From Candidatus Nomurabacteria bacterium RIFCSPLOWO2_12_FULL_44_11 (GTDB lineage Bacteria; Patescibacteriota; Minisyncoccia; Phycocordibacterales; UBA9973), in NCBI GenBank assembly GCA_001787125.1, contig MFVU01000032.1, forward strand, positions 1 to 38,955: DNA of 38,955 nt. The letters are read 5' to 3'. How positions within the stretch are numbered: position 1 is the stretch's first letter; each line of letters starts with the position of its first letter. A program made the translations under genes and the position numbers. Positions 18,507 through 27,490 of the stretch are shown here, piece by piece. The notes beneath the pieces were generated by a model that did no database searches, was not told where the DNA came from, and saw only the letters and a program-made list of their open reading frames with translations.

Positions 18507-19803
18507 AAAACATCCAAAAGAAAGTAAGGGTCAAGAACTCACGGCACCGAAAGGCATGCGGGATATCGTGAACGAAGAGTATTACAGCTTTCAGGGATTT
18601 TTTGAAAAAGCGCAGGAGGTAGCTGTGTATTATGGCTTTAAACCAATAGATACTCCCATGTTAGAACAAGAAGAAATTTTTACTTCGGGTGTGGGTGTGG
18701 GTACCGACATCGTGGATAAAGAAATGTATACCCTTAAAACCAAGGGTGGAGACCATTTAGCGATGCGGCCGGAGCATACAGCACCCCTGATGCGAGCTTA
18801 CATTGAACATGGAATGCAGAGCCTGCCTCAACCGGTAATGTTTTATCAGTATGGTCCAACCTTCAGGCATGACAAGCCCCAGCGCGGGCGTTATAGACAG
18901 TTCTGGCAATTTGACCTAGATTCCCTGGGGTCGGATAAAAGTATTATGGATGCATTAGTAATCAAGGCTGGCTTGAGTGCCTTATACGAGGCCGGAGCAG
19001 AAAAAATAACTATCGAGATAAATTCAATCGGCGACAAAGAATGCCGAAATGGGTATCTTCGAGAGCTCACCAGCTATTACCGTAAACATATGAGCAACCT
19101 AGCCCCAATAGACCGTGAACGCTTGAAGACCAACCCTCTTCGAATATTAGACTCCAAAGAAGAAAAAACAAAAGAAATAAACGCAGGAGCTCCGGATTCC
19201 GTCTCCTTCCTGTGCGCTTCTTGTAAAAAACACTTCAAAGAAGTTCTGGAGTATCTGGAAGAACTCGGCATTGATTATAATATAAATAAGAACTTGGTCC
19301 GCGGACTCTCCTACTACACCCGCACCGTGTTTGAAGTTTATTCCGATAGTGGTGAAGAGGGTGTGCCTCCGATGCAGATAGCTTCCGGCGGGCGATATGA
19401 TTACCTTGCGCGACAAATAGGTGGCAAGCGTGATGTGCCGGCGGTAGGATTTTCCATAGGCGTAGACAGAGTTGTAGAGTCTAAATGGTATAAGAAGCTT
19501 TCCCCGCGCATCATAAAAAAACCTAAAATTTACTTCATTCAACTCGGCGCGGAAGCAAAATTGAAGAGTTTGAATATTATTGAGGCTCTGCGCAAGGATC
19601 ATATCCCGATAGCTCAATCTATTTCCAAAGACAGCCTGGCCTCCCAACTCGCCATTGCCGAGAAGCTCGCAATCCCCTACGCCCTTATCTTCGGAGTGAA
19701 GGAAGCTATTGAAAACTCGGTAATCGTGCGAGACATGTCCAACCGAAGCCAAGATACGGTAAAAATTTCTAAGTTGGTGGAATATCTGAAAGATCTTAAG
19801 TAA
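18493..19803 (+). CDS. hisS: Histidine--tRNA ligase
   Basis: PKGMRD, RPEHTA, PQRGRYRQFWQ, LVRGLSYY, GGRYDYL. Confidence 0.96.
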   Translation: MSQTKKHPKESKGQELTAPKGMRDIVNEEYYSFQGFFEKAQEVAVYYGFKPIDTPMLEQEEIFTSGVGVGTDIVDKEMYTLKTKGGDHLAMRPEHTAPLMRAYIEHGMQSLPQPVMFYQYGPTFRHDKPQRGRYRQFWQFDLDSLGSDKSIMDALVIKAGLSALYEAGAEKITIEINSIGDKECRNGYLRELTSYYRKHMSNLAPIDRERLKTNPLRILDSKEEKTKEINAGAPDSVSFLCASCKKHFKEVLEYLEELGIDYNINKNLVRGLSYYTRTVFEVYSDSGEEGVPPMQIASGGRYDYLARQIGGKRDVPAVGFSIGVDRVVESKWYKKLSPRIIKKPKIYFIQLGAEAKLKSLNIIEALRKDHIPIAQSISKDSLASQLAIAEKLAIPYALIFGVKEAIENSVIVRDMSNRSQDTVKISKLVEYLKDLK

Positions 19804-19805
19804 AA

Positions 19806-20444
19806 ATGACTAGAATTTTGCAATCTCAACAAAAACCTGCCCGTAATGCTGCGCATAGCGCTGCAGGCGGGGAGAAGGTGTTGCGTCAAGTAGCCAAAGA
19901 GGTGCCACTGCCAGCTATCAGAACATTAAAGATAAAAAAAATTATGAAAGAGATGTCCGTGGCACTCCGAAGCCAGAGTGACGGTGTGGCGATAGCAGCG
20001 CCACAGCTCGGATATTCTTTAAGGATTTTCGTGGTTTTGGGGAAAATATTGAAGGCAGAATTTACGAGGCGGGGGCTTTCGGAGCGCGAAGAGCGCGAGA
20101 AGGAACGCCTGGCGAGCACGCCAGGACGTGACCCCGCATCGAAAGATTCTGCCGTCAAAGATCTGGTCTTCATCAATCCTAAAATTACCAAGTTATCGCG
20201 CGAAAAAGAATGGGTGCCGGAAGGATGCCTTTCGGTACGCTGGCTCTATGGGAAAACGCACCGCTCTAAGAAGGCAACTATCTCCGCCTACGACGAGCAA
20301 GGCAAAAGATTCGAGCGTGGCGCCTCCGGCCTCTTGGCCCAAATCTTTCAGCATGAAACGGAACACCTAAACGGCATTCTTTTCATTGACCACGCTAAAG
20401 AAGTAAAAGAAGAACTGCCAAATGAACAAAGAAGACAAAAGTAA
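19806..20444 (+). CDS. def: Peptide deformylase carrying two in-frame palindromic insertions
   Basis: GVAIAAPQ, EGCLS and QHETEHLNG motifs; adjacent to fmt. Confidence 0.93.
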   Translation: MTRILQSQQKPARNAAHSAAGGEKVLRQVAKEVPLPAIRTLKIKKIMKEMSVALRSQSDGVAIAAPQLGYSLRIFVVLGKILKAEFTRRGLSEREEREKERLASTPGRDPASKDSAVKDLVFINPKITKLSREKEWVPEGCLSVRWLYGKTHRSKKATISAYDEQGKRFERGASGLLAQIFQHETEHLNGILFIDHAKEVKEELPNEQRRQK

Positions 20445-21279
20445 CTTCGTATTCTTCGGCACGCCGGATGTTGCGGCCGAGACCTTAGAGATATTAAAGG
20501 GGGCAGGATTTATGCCTTCGCTTATTGTGACGTCTCCAGATACTCGGTCTGGGCGCGGTATGCAAATGCAGGCTTCGCCAGTAGCAAAATTTGCAGAAGA
20601 AAATAAAATAACTTGTTATAAAAATCTTGAAAATATTCCTGAAGCAGATTTATTTGTGGTAGTTGCTTACGGTAAAATTTTATCTGAAAAAATTATTAAT
20701 ACTCCTAAAAATGGCTCCATAAATATCCACTATTCCCTCCTCCCGAAATACCGCGGCGCTTCGCCTGTGGAGAGCGCAATTTTGGCAGGTGAAACAGAAA
20801 CTGGCGTTACGATTCAGAAAATGGTTTATGAGTTGGATGCTGGTTATATTTTAGCACAAGAGAAAGTGGAAATAGGCGCAGATGAAACTGCGCCAGAACT
20901 GCGAAAGCGCTTGATAAAAATTGGCGGGGAACTTTTGGTAAAAATATTTAAGACCCCCTCTAGCTCCCCCTTCGCAGGGGGAGAAAAACAAGATGAATCC
21001 CAAGCAACTTTCTGCAAAAAAATCAAAAAAGAAGACGGATTAATAGATTTAAGCGACGACCCCATCAAAAATTATAATAAATTCCGTGCATACGCCACCT
21101 GGCCGCGAACGTATTTTTTTTCCGCCAAAGACGGATCCGCCTCGGGGGGACAAGATGGCAAGCGTATAATAATTACCGACGCCGCGCTAGAGAATGACCC
21201 CCTCGACCCTGCTCGGGGCAAGAAATTCGTAATTAAAAAAGTAATCCCCGAAGGTGGAAAAGAGATAAACTATAAATAA
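20422..21279 (+). CDS. fmt: Methionyl-tRNA formyltransferase
   Basis: FFGTPD, VVAYGKIL, INIHYSLLPKYRGASP, LDAG. Confidence 0.93.
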   Translation: MNKEDKSNFVFFGTPDVAAETLEILKGAGFMPSLIVTSPDTRSGRGMQMQASPVAKFAEENKITCYKNLENIPEADLFVVVAYGKILSEKIINTPKNGSINIHYSLLPKYRGASPVESAILAGETETGVTIQKMVYELDAGYILAQEKVEIGADETAPELRKRLIKIGGELLVKIFKTPSSSPFAGGEKQDESQATFCKKIKKEDGLIDLSDDPIKNYNKFRAYATWPRTYFFSAKDGSASGGQDGKRIIITDAALENDPLDPARGKKFVIKKVIPEGGKEINYK

Positions 21280-21348
21280 ACTCGTGACACATATGCGCTA
21301 TCGTTGATATGTGTAATTCACTTTAGTTGAGTAAAGTAATCTAATTAG

Positions 21349-22182
21349 CTAAAGTGATTCATTCAAAACTAGGTATGAACCTGGATAATAATATCCGGCG
21401 ATTCTTTTTTGGGGTTTTGTTAGATCAAAGCCCTCTCCAATATAATGTTTTTTACCTTTAGCTATTGCCGCATGAAGTTCTACCAGACTGTCATATGCAT
21501 TTAATTTCCCATAATATACCCCTGCAACCTTGCCGGCGCTGAATAAATTTATAAGAGCAATATCTTTAGCAAAATCGGTCGCTTTTACAAAAATTAGACC
21601 CTTCTTCTTTAGTTCATCTTGTAACTTTTTGGGAACATTTTTCTCAGGTTCCCCGGACCAATACAGAATCATTTTGCCTACATTTGCTGGAAGTGAAATT
21701 TCTGGTATTTGACCAGTAATAGTGTAATTATTTCTTATTATTTTATGTGTTAATTTTAAGGCTGGGAAATAAACAAAAGTATATAAAAGATCTTTACCAT
21801 CGTGGAGAGTAATGATAACACAAAACTGATTACCTCCTTCAGAATATACTGCCGTGCCATCTATCGGATCAATACCTAAATAATATTGTCCTTGCTCGTC
21901 AAACTTTTCAGTTAACGCGGTATTTTCTTCCGCAAAAAGATGACATTTAACTAAATTAGTTTTACTGATTTCCTGTAATAGAAATTCCTGTACTGCCAAA
22001 TCTGCATTTGTAACAATATCGACCAGAGGGTTACCGGTCGAATATTTATTGTGATGTTTTGCTTCCTTCTGCATTTTGAGAGCGAGATCTCCGGCTTGAA
22101 CAAAAACAGGTTCTAGTTTTTCTAGTATTTGGAGAAATTTTTCACCAACTTCCAGTGAAGGGGTTAATTGTTCATTTGGCAT
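21349..22182 (-). CDS. Divergent inositol monophosphatase-family protein
   Basis: VTNADLAVQ, AEE and IDPIDGT motifs; AT-rich relative to neighbours. Confidence 0.75.
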   Translation of the reverse strand: MPNEQLTPSLEVGEKFLQILEKLEPVFVQAGDLALKMQKEAKHHNKYSTGNPLVDIVTNADLAVQEFLLQEISKTNLVKCHLFAEENTALTEKFDEQGQYYLGIDPIDGTAVYSEGGNQFCVIITLHDGKDLLYTFVYFPALKLTHKIIRNNYTITGQIPEISLPANVGKMILYWSGEPEKNVPKKLQDELKKKGLIFVKATDFAKDIALINLFSAGKVAGVYYGKLNAYDSLVELHAAIAKGKKHYIGEGFDLTKPQKRIAGYYYPGSYLVLNESL

Positions 22183-22580
22183 TAATATTTCGAAGTAAAC
22201 GGGTTGCGTTTAGAAAGACCCTTCAACATTTTTTTGATACTGCGGGCCCCGCGATGAAGAAGCGTTTTACGGCGATCTTTGTATTTGTTTATTTCGCGGT
22301 AAAGAGTGTCTTTGACGGCGTCTATCGCCGCATAGAGGTCCTCCTCGTCGGCGCTCGCGTAAAATTCTTCGCCGTCCAGATTAATAAGGCAGTCGGCATG
22401 AAAAACATCCCCGGCTTTGTGATGTTTGGTGCTTTTAGCAATTTCAAAATTTACACTGGCTCTCCCTCCCCGCTCTTCAATACTGGATAGTAATTTCTCC
22501 AGATTGGTAACCCGCTTGATCACATATTCATGGATAGCGGAAGTCAGCTCCATATTGGTGCTCTTAAGATTTATTTTCAT
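22182..22580 (-). CDS. raiA: Ribosome-associated inhibitor / hibernation factor (RaiA/HPF, sigma54 modulation family)
   Basis: MKINLKSTNMELTSAIHEYV...EDLYAAIDAVKD. Confidence 0.88.
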   Translation of the reverse strand: MKINLKSTNMELTSAIHEYVIKRVTNLEKLLSSIEERGGRASVNFEIAKSTKHHKAGDVFHADCLINLDGEEFYASADEEDLYAAIDAVKDTLYREINKYKDRRKTLLHRGARSIKKMLKGLSKRNPFTSKY

Positions 22581-22661
22581 CCCGTTAGAAGCAGGTCGCG
22601 GTCAGACCGTGACTGCTTAAAGTTATTTTGTAATTTTTGCGACCGCGGCTTCTAACGGGAT
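22578..22661 (-). repeat. Inverted-repeat leader element, copy D (ends in the raiA ATG)
   Basis: Perfect 14-bp terminal inverted repeat ATCCCGTTAGAAGC (22579-22592) / GCTTCTAACGGGAT (22648-22661); terminus shared with copy A. Confidence 0.75.
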
Positions 22662-22667
22662 TCATCC

Positions 22668-24617
22668 CTACATTATAACATGCTTTTTATTTTTTCTTAG
22701 GCCGTGCAGGAGCGCTTGCAGGATAATATTAATTTTCATGGTGGCGACTCCTACTACTTTATCCGCTCCACCATAATAAATGTAAAGTAATTTACCGCGC
22801 AGGACCATGCCGCAGGGAAAAACGACATTACTGACAATTCCTTCTTTTTCGTATTGCTCTTCCGGCTCCAATATCGGGTCAGCACTGCGAGCCAGAACTA
22901 TGGCGGGATCTTTGAGATCAAGCAGGAGCGCGCCGACCCGATAGGTATGGTGACTCTTAGATATTCCGTGGTAGAGCAGCAGCCAGCCATGTTTGGTCTT
23001 AATCGGCGGCGCAGTAATACCGACTTTCCAGCTATCCCACATATTTACCCTCGGTCCAATAATTCTGATGCATTTTTGCACGGTTTCATTTTTAAAATCC
23101 AGTGTTGGTAGATAATCCCCGCAGATTTCGTTCCCTACACGATGCAGTATGAGATAGCCGGCGGGAAACTTCTCCGGAAAAAGACAGGTATCTTTATCGT
23201 CAAATTCTTGCGGAGTAATCAAAAACGGTTTTGCCCATTTCCATTTATGCGCCAAAAAATTTTTCTCCGAAATAGAAGAAACAGCCACTCGCGGAGGACC
23301 CACGCCGTCAAAAGCGGTGTAGCAGACATAAATATTTTTGCCAATTTGAGTTAGGCGTGGATCTTCGCATCCGGAATTCCCATTGCTGATTTTTTTGTTT
23401 TCAAAATCTTCCCGTGGAACATACACCGGTTCGGCTAGCCGCTCCTTGATGTTGTAACCGTCAGGCGCCATAGCATAACCGAAGCTGGAAGTATTGTCAT
23501 TGGAGAGAGCGCGATAAATAAGATGGGTTTTGCCGTTGAGCAATATGGCTGCCGGATTGAAAGTGGCTTTGGCCTCCCAGACATTTTCAGCTTTGGGAAC
23601 AATAATTGGATTACCGGGAAAACGTCTAAAGTGAAAATCCTCTTGCAATTGTGGGTATATACTGCCCAAAAGGTCGGCTAAATTGACATGCACCAAACAG
23701 ACAGTGGTATCAGCCGCGCCATAATAAATATTAAGCGTATCTTTTTGGAGTATTGCTCCGGTCGGGAAAACTACGTTGCCGACGAAACCGGTCATTTCAT
23801 ATGAGTCCTCGGGCACCAATATCGGACCTGCGGTGCGACCGATTATTTTCCGCGGGTCCTCCTGGTCAAGCAGTAAGGCCTCGATGCCAAAGATTCTTTT
23901 GGAATTGTCGGCGCCAAAATAATTCTGAATATATGAGTAAATAAGCAGCCAGCCATATTGGGTCTTTAAGGGCGGTGCGCCGATTTCCACATGATCGGAC
24001 TCGTTCCGCTTCGGATTAATTGTATGCTCGTCAATTTCCTTCTGCCACTTTTCCCAAAAATCTGGATTCCACAGTTCCTCTATTTTATCCAGCAAAGCAA
24101 TGGATGTTTTAACCGGGGGCGAATCGGTGTGAGCAGAGAAAATCACACATATTTTGCCGTTGATCCGTTCGGGAAAAAGCGCCATCGCCTTGGCGTTAAA
24201 CGGAGTAACCAGATACCTTTCATCCACTTTTTTTAAGTCCTTGGAAATAGCTACGGCAACCTTGATGCCCTCCGCAGAAAATGGATAAGCAGAAAGGGCG
24301 GTATAAAAAATATAAAATTTGCCTTCAAAAAAAGTGATCCGGGGATCCTCACAGCCATATTTCTCCCATTCCTCTCTAGGAGTAATAAACGGCGCGCGGT
24401 CTTCAAAGTGTGTGCCATCTTGACTCTTGCTTATCCCGATAATCGAGGTTTGACGGGGATTACGCAACATGTCTGGCGAGGAAATAGCGCGATAAACGCC
24501 ATAGGGTGTATTGCCCTTTTTTGTAACACTCATATTGAAAGTGGCAAAGGCCTCCCAGTAATGGTTTTTGTCCGGAATAAAAATAGGGTTATGGTGTGAG
24601 CGTCGGGCAACAAACAT
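22668..24617 (-). CDS. Tandem two-domain GH130-like glycosidase/mannoside phosphorylase
   Basis: Two copies of NPI..P..WEA.ATFN, GCEDPR and NVVFP.G...YYG.AD. Confidence 0.85.
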   Translation of the reverse strand: MFVARRSHHNPIFIPDKNHYWEAFATFNMSVTKKGNTPYGVYRAISSPDMLRNPRQTSIIGISKSQDGTHFEDRAPFITPREEWEKYGCEDPRITFFEGKFYIFYTALSAYPFSAEGIKVAVAISKDLKKVDERYLVTPFNAKAMALFPERINGKICVIFSAHTDSPPVKTSIALLDKIEELWNPDFWEKWQKEIDEHTINPKRNESDHVEIGAPPLKTQYGWLLIYSYIQNYFGADNSKRIFGIEALLLDQEDPRKIIGRTAGPILVPEDSYEMTGFVGNVVFPTGAILQKDTLNIYYGAADTTVCLVHVNLADLLGSIYPQLQEDFHFRRFPGNPIIVPKAENVWEAKATFNPAAILLNGKTHLIYRALSNDNTSSFGYAMAPDGYNIKERLAEPVYVPREDFENKKISNGNSGCEDPRLTQIGKNIYVCYTAFDGVGPPRVAVSSISEKNFLAHKWKWAKPFLITPQEFDDKDTCLFPEKFPAGYLILHRVGNEICGDYLPTLDFKNETVQKCIRIIGPRVNMWDSWKVGITAPPIKTKHGWLLLYHGISKSHHTYRVGALLLDLKDPAIVLARSADPILEPEEQYEKEGIVSNVVFPCGMVLRGKLLYIYYGGADKVVGVATMKINIILQALLHGLRKNKKHVIM

Positions 24618-24623
24618 ATAAAT

Positions 24624-25745
24624 TTAAATCCGGGTCATTTGTTTTTTTAATTTTGTTGCTTTATGTTTCCTGAGATCAGCCAAAAGGTCAGCCAATCTAA
24701 TGGTGGCGACACCTACAACTTTGTCCGCGCCGCCATAGTAAACGAAAAGCGTGCCGTCCCCGCCTGCGCGAGCAGGCTTTGCGACAGCGCCGCAGGAATA
24801 TATCACGCCCCATTTATACCCGTTATTCTCATAGTATTCCTCCGGCTCCAATATCGGACTGGCCGAACGGTAAAGAATTTTGGTTGGATCATTGGCATCG
24901 AGAATCATCGCGCCCATCCGATAGCGATCTGGGTTCCGGTGGTCCATGGCGTGATAGAGAATAAGCCAACCCAGTTCTGTTTTTATGGGTGTCGGCCCAA
25001 CTCCACGGAACCAGCTGTCCCAAGTTCGAGCTGGATCGATGGGGCGAGTGTTATTGCTTTTAATAAACTTGGCCTTGCCGTCCAGCTCCTCAAGCGTATC
25101 AAAATAATCAATTAAAACATTTGGGTAAAAACTATGCAGAATGGCAAATTTGCCGTTAATCTTTTCCGGAAAAAGCACCCAATTTTTATGAATCTCCCCG
25201 GGCGGTGAAATTAGAACCGGATTTTTCCATTTCCATTTTTTGTTTTCAAAATCCTGCAGTTTGATTGAGGTCAGAGCTATCCGCAGCGACCCCCAGCCGT
25301 CAAAGGCGGTGTAGAGCATGTAAACAGTATTATCCAAAAGAGTCAGGCGCGGGTCTTCGCAGCCACCGTTCCAGCCCCCGCCGGAAATATAATCGATGGG
25401 GAAAACAGTTGTATCGAATTTTTCTCTGCTATTGGCTCGTCGGTAAATAGAATGCGGGGAGCGGTCGGTAATGTTGTAGCCATCATCGCTTCCGGCGTAG
25501 CCCAGCACTGAAGAATCATCGTCGCCGATAGCTCGATAAACGATATGCACTTTTCCTTTATGCTCAAAGGCGGCAGGATTAAAAGTAGCTTTGGATTCCC
25601 AAGGATACAACCTCGGCTCGATGATCGGGTTGTGCACTGCCCGTTTCAAAAGTGCGCCTTTCTTTTTTTTTATTATTTTTTTTCCCGACGTTTTAGGTCG
25701 GGACCCCGTTCCCTTAGGGCGTCGGGGCTTTTTAAGCTCGGCCAT
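24624..25745 (-). CDS. Single-domain GH130-like glycosidase with basic N-terminal extension
   Basis: NPIIEP..WESKATFNP, GCEDPRL, HKNW, YYGGAD; likely start MAELKK at 25745. Confidence 0.85.
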   Translation of the reverse strand: MAELKKPRRPKGTGSRPKTSGKKIIKKKKGALLKRAVHNPIIEPRLYPWESKATFNPAAFEHKGKVHIVYRAIGDDDSSVLGYAGSDDGYNITDRSPHSIYRRANSREKFDTTVFPIDYISGGGWNGGCEDPRLTLLDNTVYMLYTAFDGWGSLRIALTSIKLQDFENKKWKWKNPVLISPPGEIHKNWVLFPEKINGKFAILHSFYPNVLIDYFDTLEELDGKAKFIKSNNTRPIDPARTWDSWFRGVGPTPIKTELGWLILYHAMDHRNPDRYRMGAMILDANDPTKILYRSASPILEPEEYYENNGYKWGVIYSCGAVAKPARAGGDGTLFVYYGGADKVVGVATIRLADLLADLRKHKATKLKKQMTRI

Positions 25746-26082
25746 ATTTGTCTTCAAAACGAACTATGTCATTCTCATCAAAATTCCCGGTAGCAATTTC
25801 AAGGACCATAATACCTGAGCGTCCGGCTGCAAGGCGATGCTTGCTTCCTTGAGGGACTTCACATTCACCTCCCTCCCCTATATCCATTCTAACACCATCT
25901 ATCTCCACTATTCCATCACCTTTGACAACTTTCCAGAACTCGGCCCTTTTTTTATGGCTCTGTAAGCTTAAAGCCTCCCCGGGATTAACAGTTATTATTT
26001 TAACCGTGGAAGAGCTGTTGTGAGTAAACTGTCTAAAGTTGCCCCAGGGTTTTTCTACTTGAAATGCCTTGACCTCCGCCAT
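25732..26082 (-). CDS. Cupin, mannose-6-phosphate isomerase type II C-terminal-like
   Basis: VEKPWG, LSLQSHKKRAEFW, HRL, DIVRFEDKYGR. Confidence 0.88.
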   Translation of the reverse strand: MAEVKAFQVEKPWGNFRQFTHNSSSTVKIITVNPGEALSLQSHKKRAEFWKVVKGDGIVEIDGVRMDIGEGGECEVPQGSKHRLAAGRSGIMVLEIATGNFDENDIVRFEDKYGRA

Positions 26083-26117
26083 CTTCTAATTATAGCTCAA
26101 GGTGAAATTTTAGCCAA

Positions 26118-26879
26118 TTATTTGGTTTCCAAGGACAAGATTTTCTGCATTAGAAGGTCCGCCGGCAGAAGTTGGCCACGGAGCGGGATATAGAATTTCC
26201 CTTTTACCCTTGTTCGATCGGCTGATATCGGCAACCCCGCTTCCCGTAGAAGCTCCTGGTCGTTATAATTATCCCCGATAGCTAGAACATTTTCTTTTTT
26301 TAATTTAAAAATTTTCATGGCCCTTCTTAGTCCGAGGGCCTTGGTTTGATCATGTTTTACTAAAATATCATAGGCCTCCCCGTTCCAGATAGTCGTCAGG
26401 CCTTTTTCCTTTTTAACTGTCGCTTCAACTTGCTTCATTCTCTTTTTACAATGAACAGTTACGATAAATTCTTTCGGCTCAAAGCCCTTAAAATCTTTTT
26501 TCCCCATAACGGCTTTTTGTAATTTTTGAAACAAATCTAAAGTGTATTTAAAACTATTGAAGTGTTGATAGAGCCTACCTTGATACCATGTGGCGCTACC
26601 GCATTCGTAAGTCAAACTGACAAAAGGCAGAACTTCCCGGAACATTGCCTGCAACATATAAAGTCCGCGCCCAGAGCTAATGTTGATCAAATACCCTTTT
26701 TTATGCAACGCTTTGATTTGCTTAATCTGTTTTTTTGCTATTATTTTTGTTGCGAGCGTTGTAGTGTTACCTTCTTGTTTTATTTTTGTGCCTCGCGGAA
26801 CGAGCACGCCATCGACATCAAAAACAATCATCTTTATTTTGGCCAGATCTCTCCCAGTCAGCTGGTTTAATGGTTTCAT
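26118..26879 (-). CDS. HAD-superfamily hydrolase (subfamily IIB-like)
   Basis: FDVDGVL motif I, SSGR motif II, K..G and IGDNYND motifs III/IV. Confidence 0.88.
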   Translation of the reverse strand: MKPLNQLTGRDLAKIKMIVFDVDGVLVPRGTKIKQEGNTTTLATKIIAKKQIKQIKALHKKGYLINISSGRGLYMLQAMFREVLPFVSLTYECGSATWYQGRLYQHFNSFKYTLDLFQKLQKAVMGKKDFKGFEPKEFIVTVHCKKRMKQVEATVKKEKGLTTIWNGEAYDILVKHDQTKALGLRRAMKIFKLKKENVLAIGDNYNDQELLREAGLPISADRTRVKGKFYIPLRGQLLPADLLMQKILSLETK

Positions 26880-26880
26880 T

Positions 26881-27372
26881 TTATTTTTGCTGATGCTTCT
26901 TCACTACTTCCTTGATCAACTCCGACGAGCTACGAACTTTGCCGCCAGAACCAACATTGTAAATCATTTTGATCCCGAGTTTTTGATGAATTTCCCGCTC
27001 GCGATAAAGGGAGGAAGCTGGGTCAAGCGCATCAGCGATATCCCGATCGCCGCCATTGGCAAATATGTGTGGCCGAATTTCTTCGAGTCCCTGGCATACG
27101 CTCATGTCTGCCGGGTCCTCTTCGTGACTGCTTAAAATGACCCGATCTACCGTAGCAAAGGCCTCGATGATTTCTCTGCGCTCATGCTCGGGCATAAAGA
27201 TATAGCCCTTCTTTTTGCGTAGCCAATTATCATTATTGAGATAGACCACCAGTTCATCGCCGAGCTTTTTGGCTTCTTGGAACAGTCGTATGTGCCCGAT
27301 ATGCACCGGGTCAAATCCGCCACTGACCATGACTACCTTTTTCTCCTTTTTTAGATTGGCCTTTTTCTTCAT
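26881..27372 (-). CDS. Cytidyltransferase-like nucleotidyltransferase (TagD/RfaE/FAD-synthase-like)
   Basis: SGGFDPVHIGH (HIGH motif), ANGGDR, SSSELI. Confidence 0.88.
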   Translation of the reverse strand: MKKKANLKKEKKVVMVSGGFDPVHIGHIRLFQEAKKLGDELVVYLNNDNWLRKKKGYIFMPEHERREIIEAFATVDRVILSSHEEDPADMSVCQGLEEIRPHIFANGGDRDIADALDPASSLYREREIHQKLGIKMIYNVGSGGKVRSSSELIKEVVKKHQQK

Positions 27373-27415
27373 TTATTTTAATTAGATTATATCAAATCTG
27401 TGCTAAAATTGATAG

Positions 27416-27490
27416 ACCTGTCCCGTACTAAATTTTTGATTACGGGGTATAACGATAAACATTATTAGTTAAAATTTTAGTACTGGGATG
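27416..27490 (+). repeat. Inverted-repeat leader element, copy C (ends in the histidine phosphatase ATG)
   Basis: 72/75 identical to the reverse complement of 13945-14019; preceded by TGCTAAAAT (extended -10-like) at 27401-27409. Confidence 0.9.

Noticed and set aside
19147..19752. 201-aa minus-strand ORF (and similar ones such as 4719-5336 and 24663-25115)
   Set aside because: Antisense to well-supported genes (hisS, transketolase, GH130) and without recognisable motifs.
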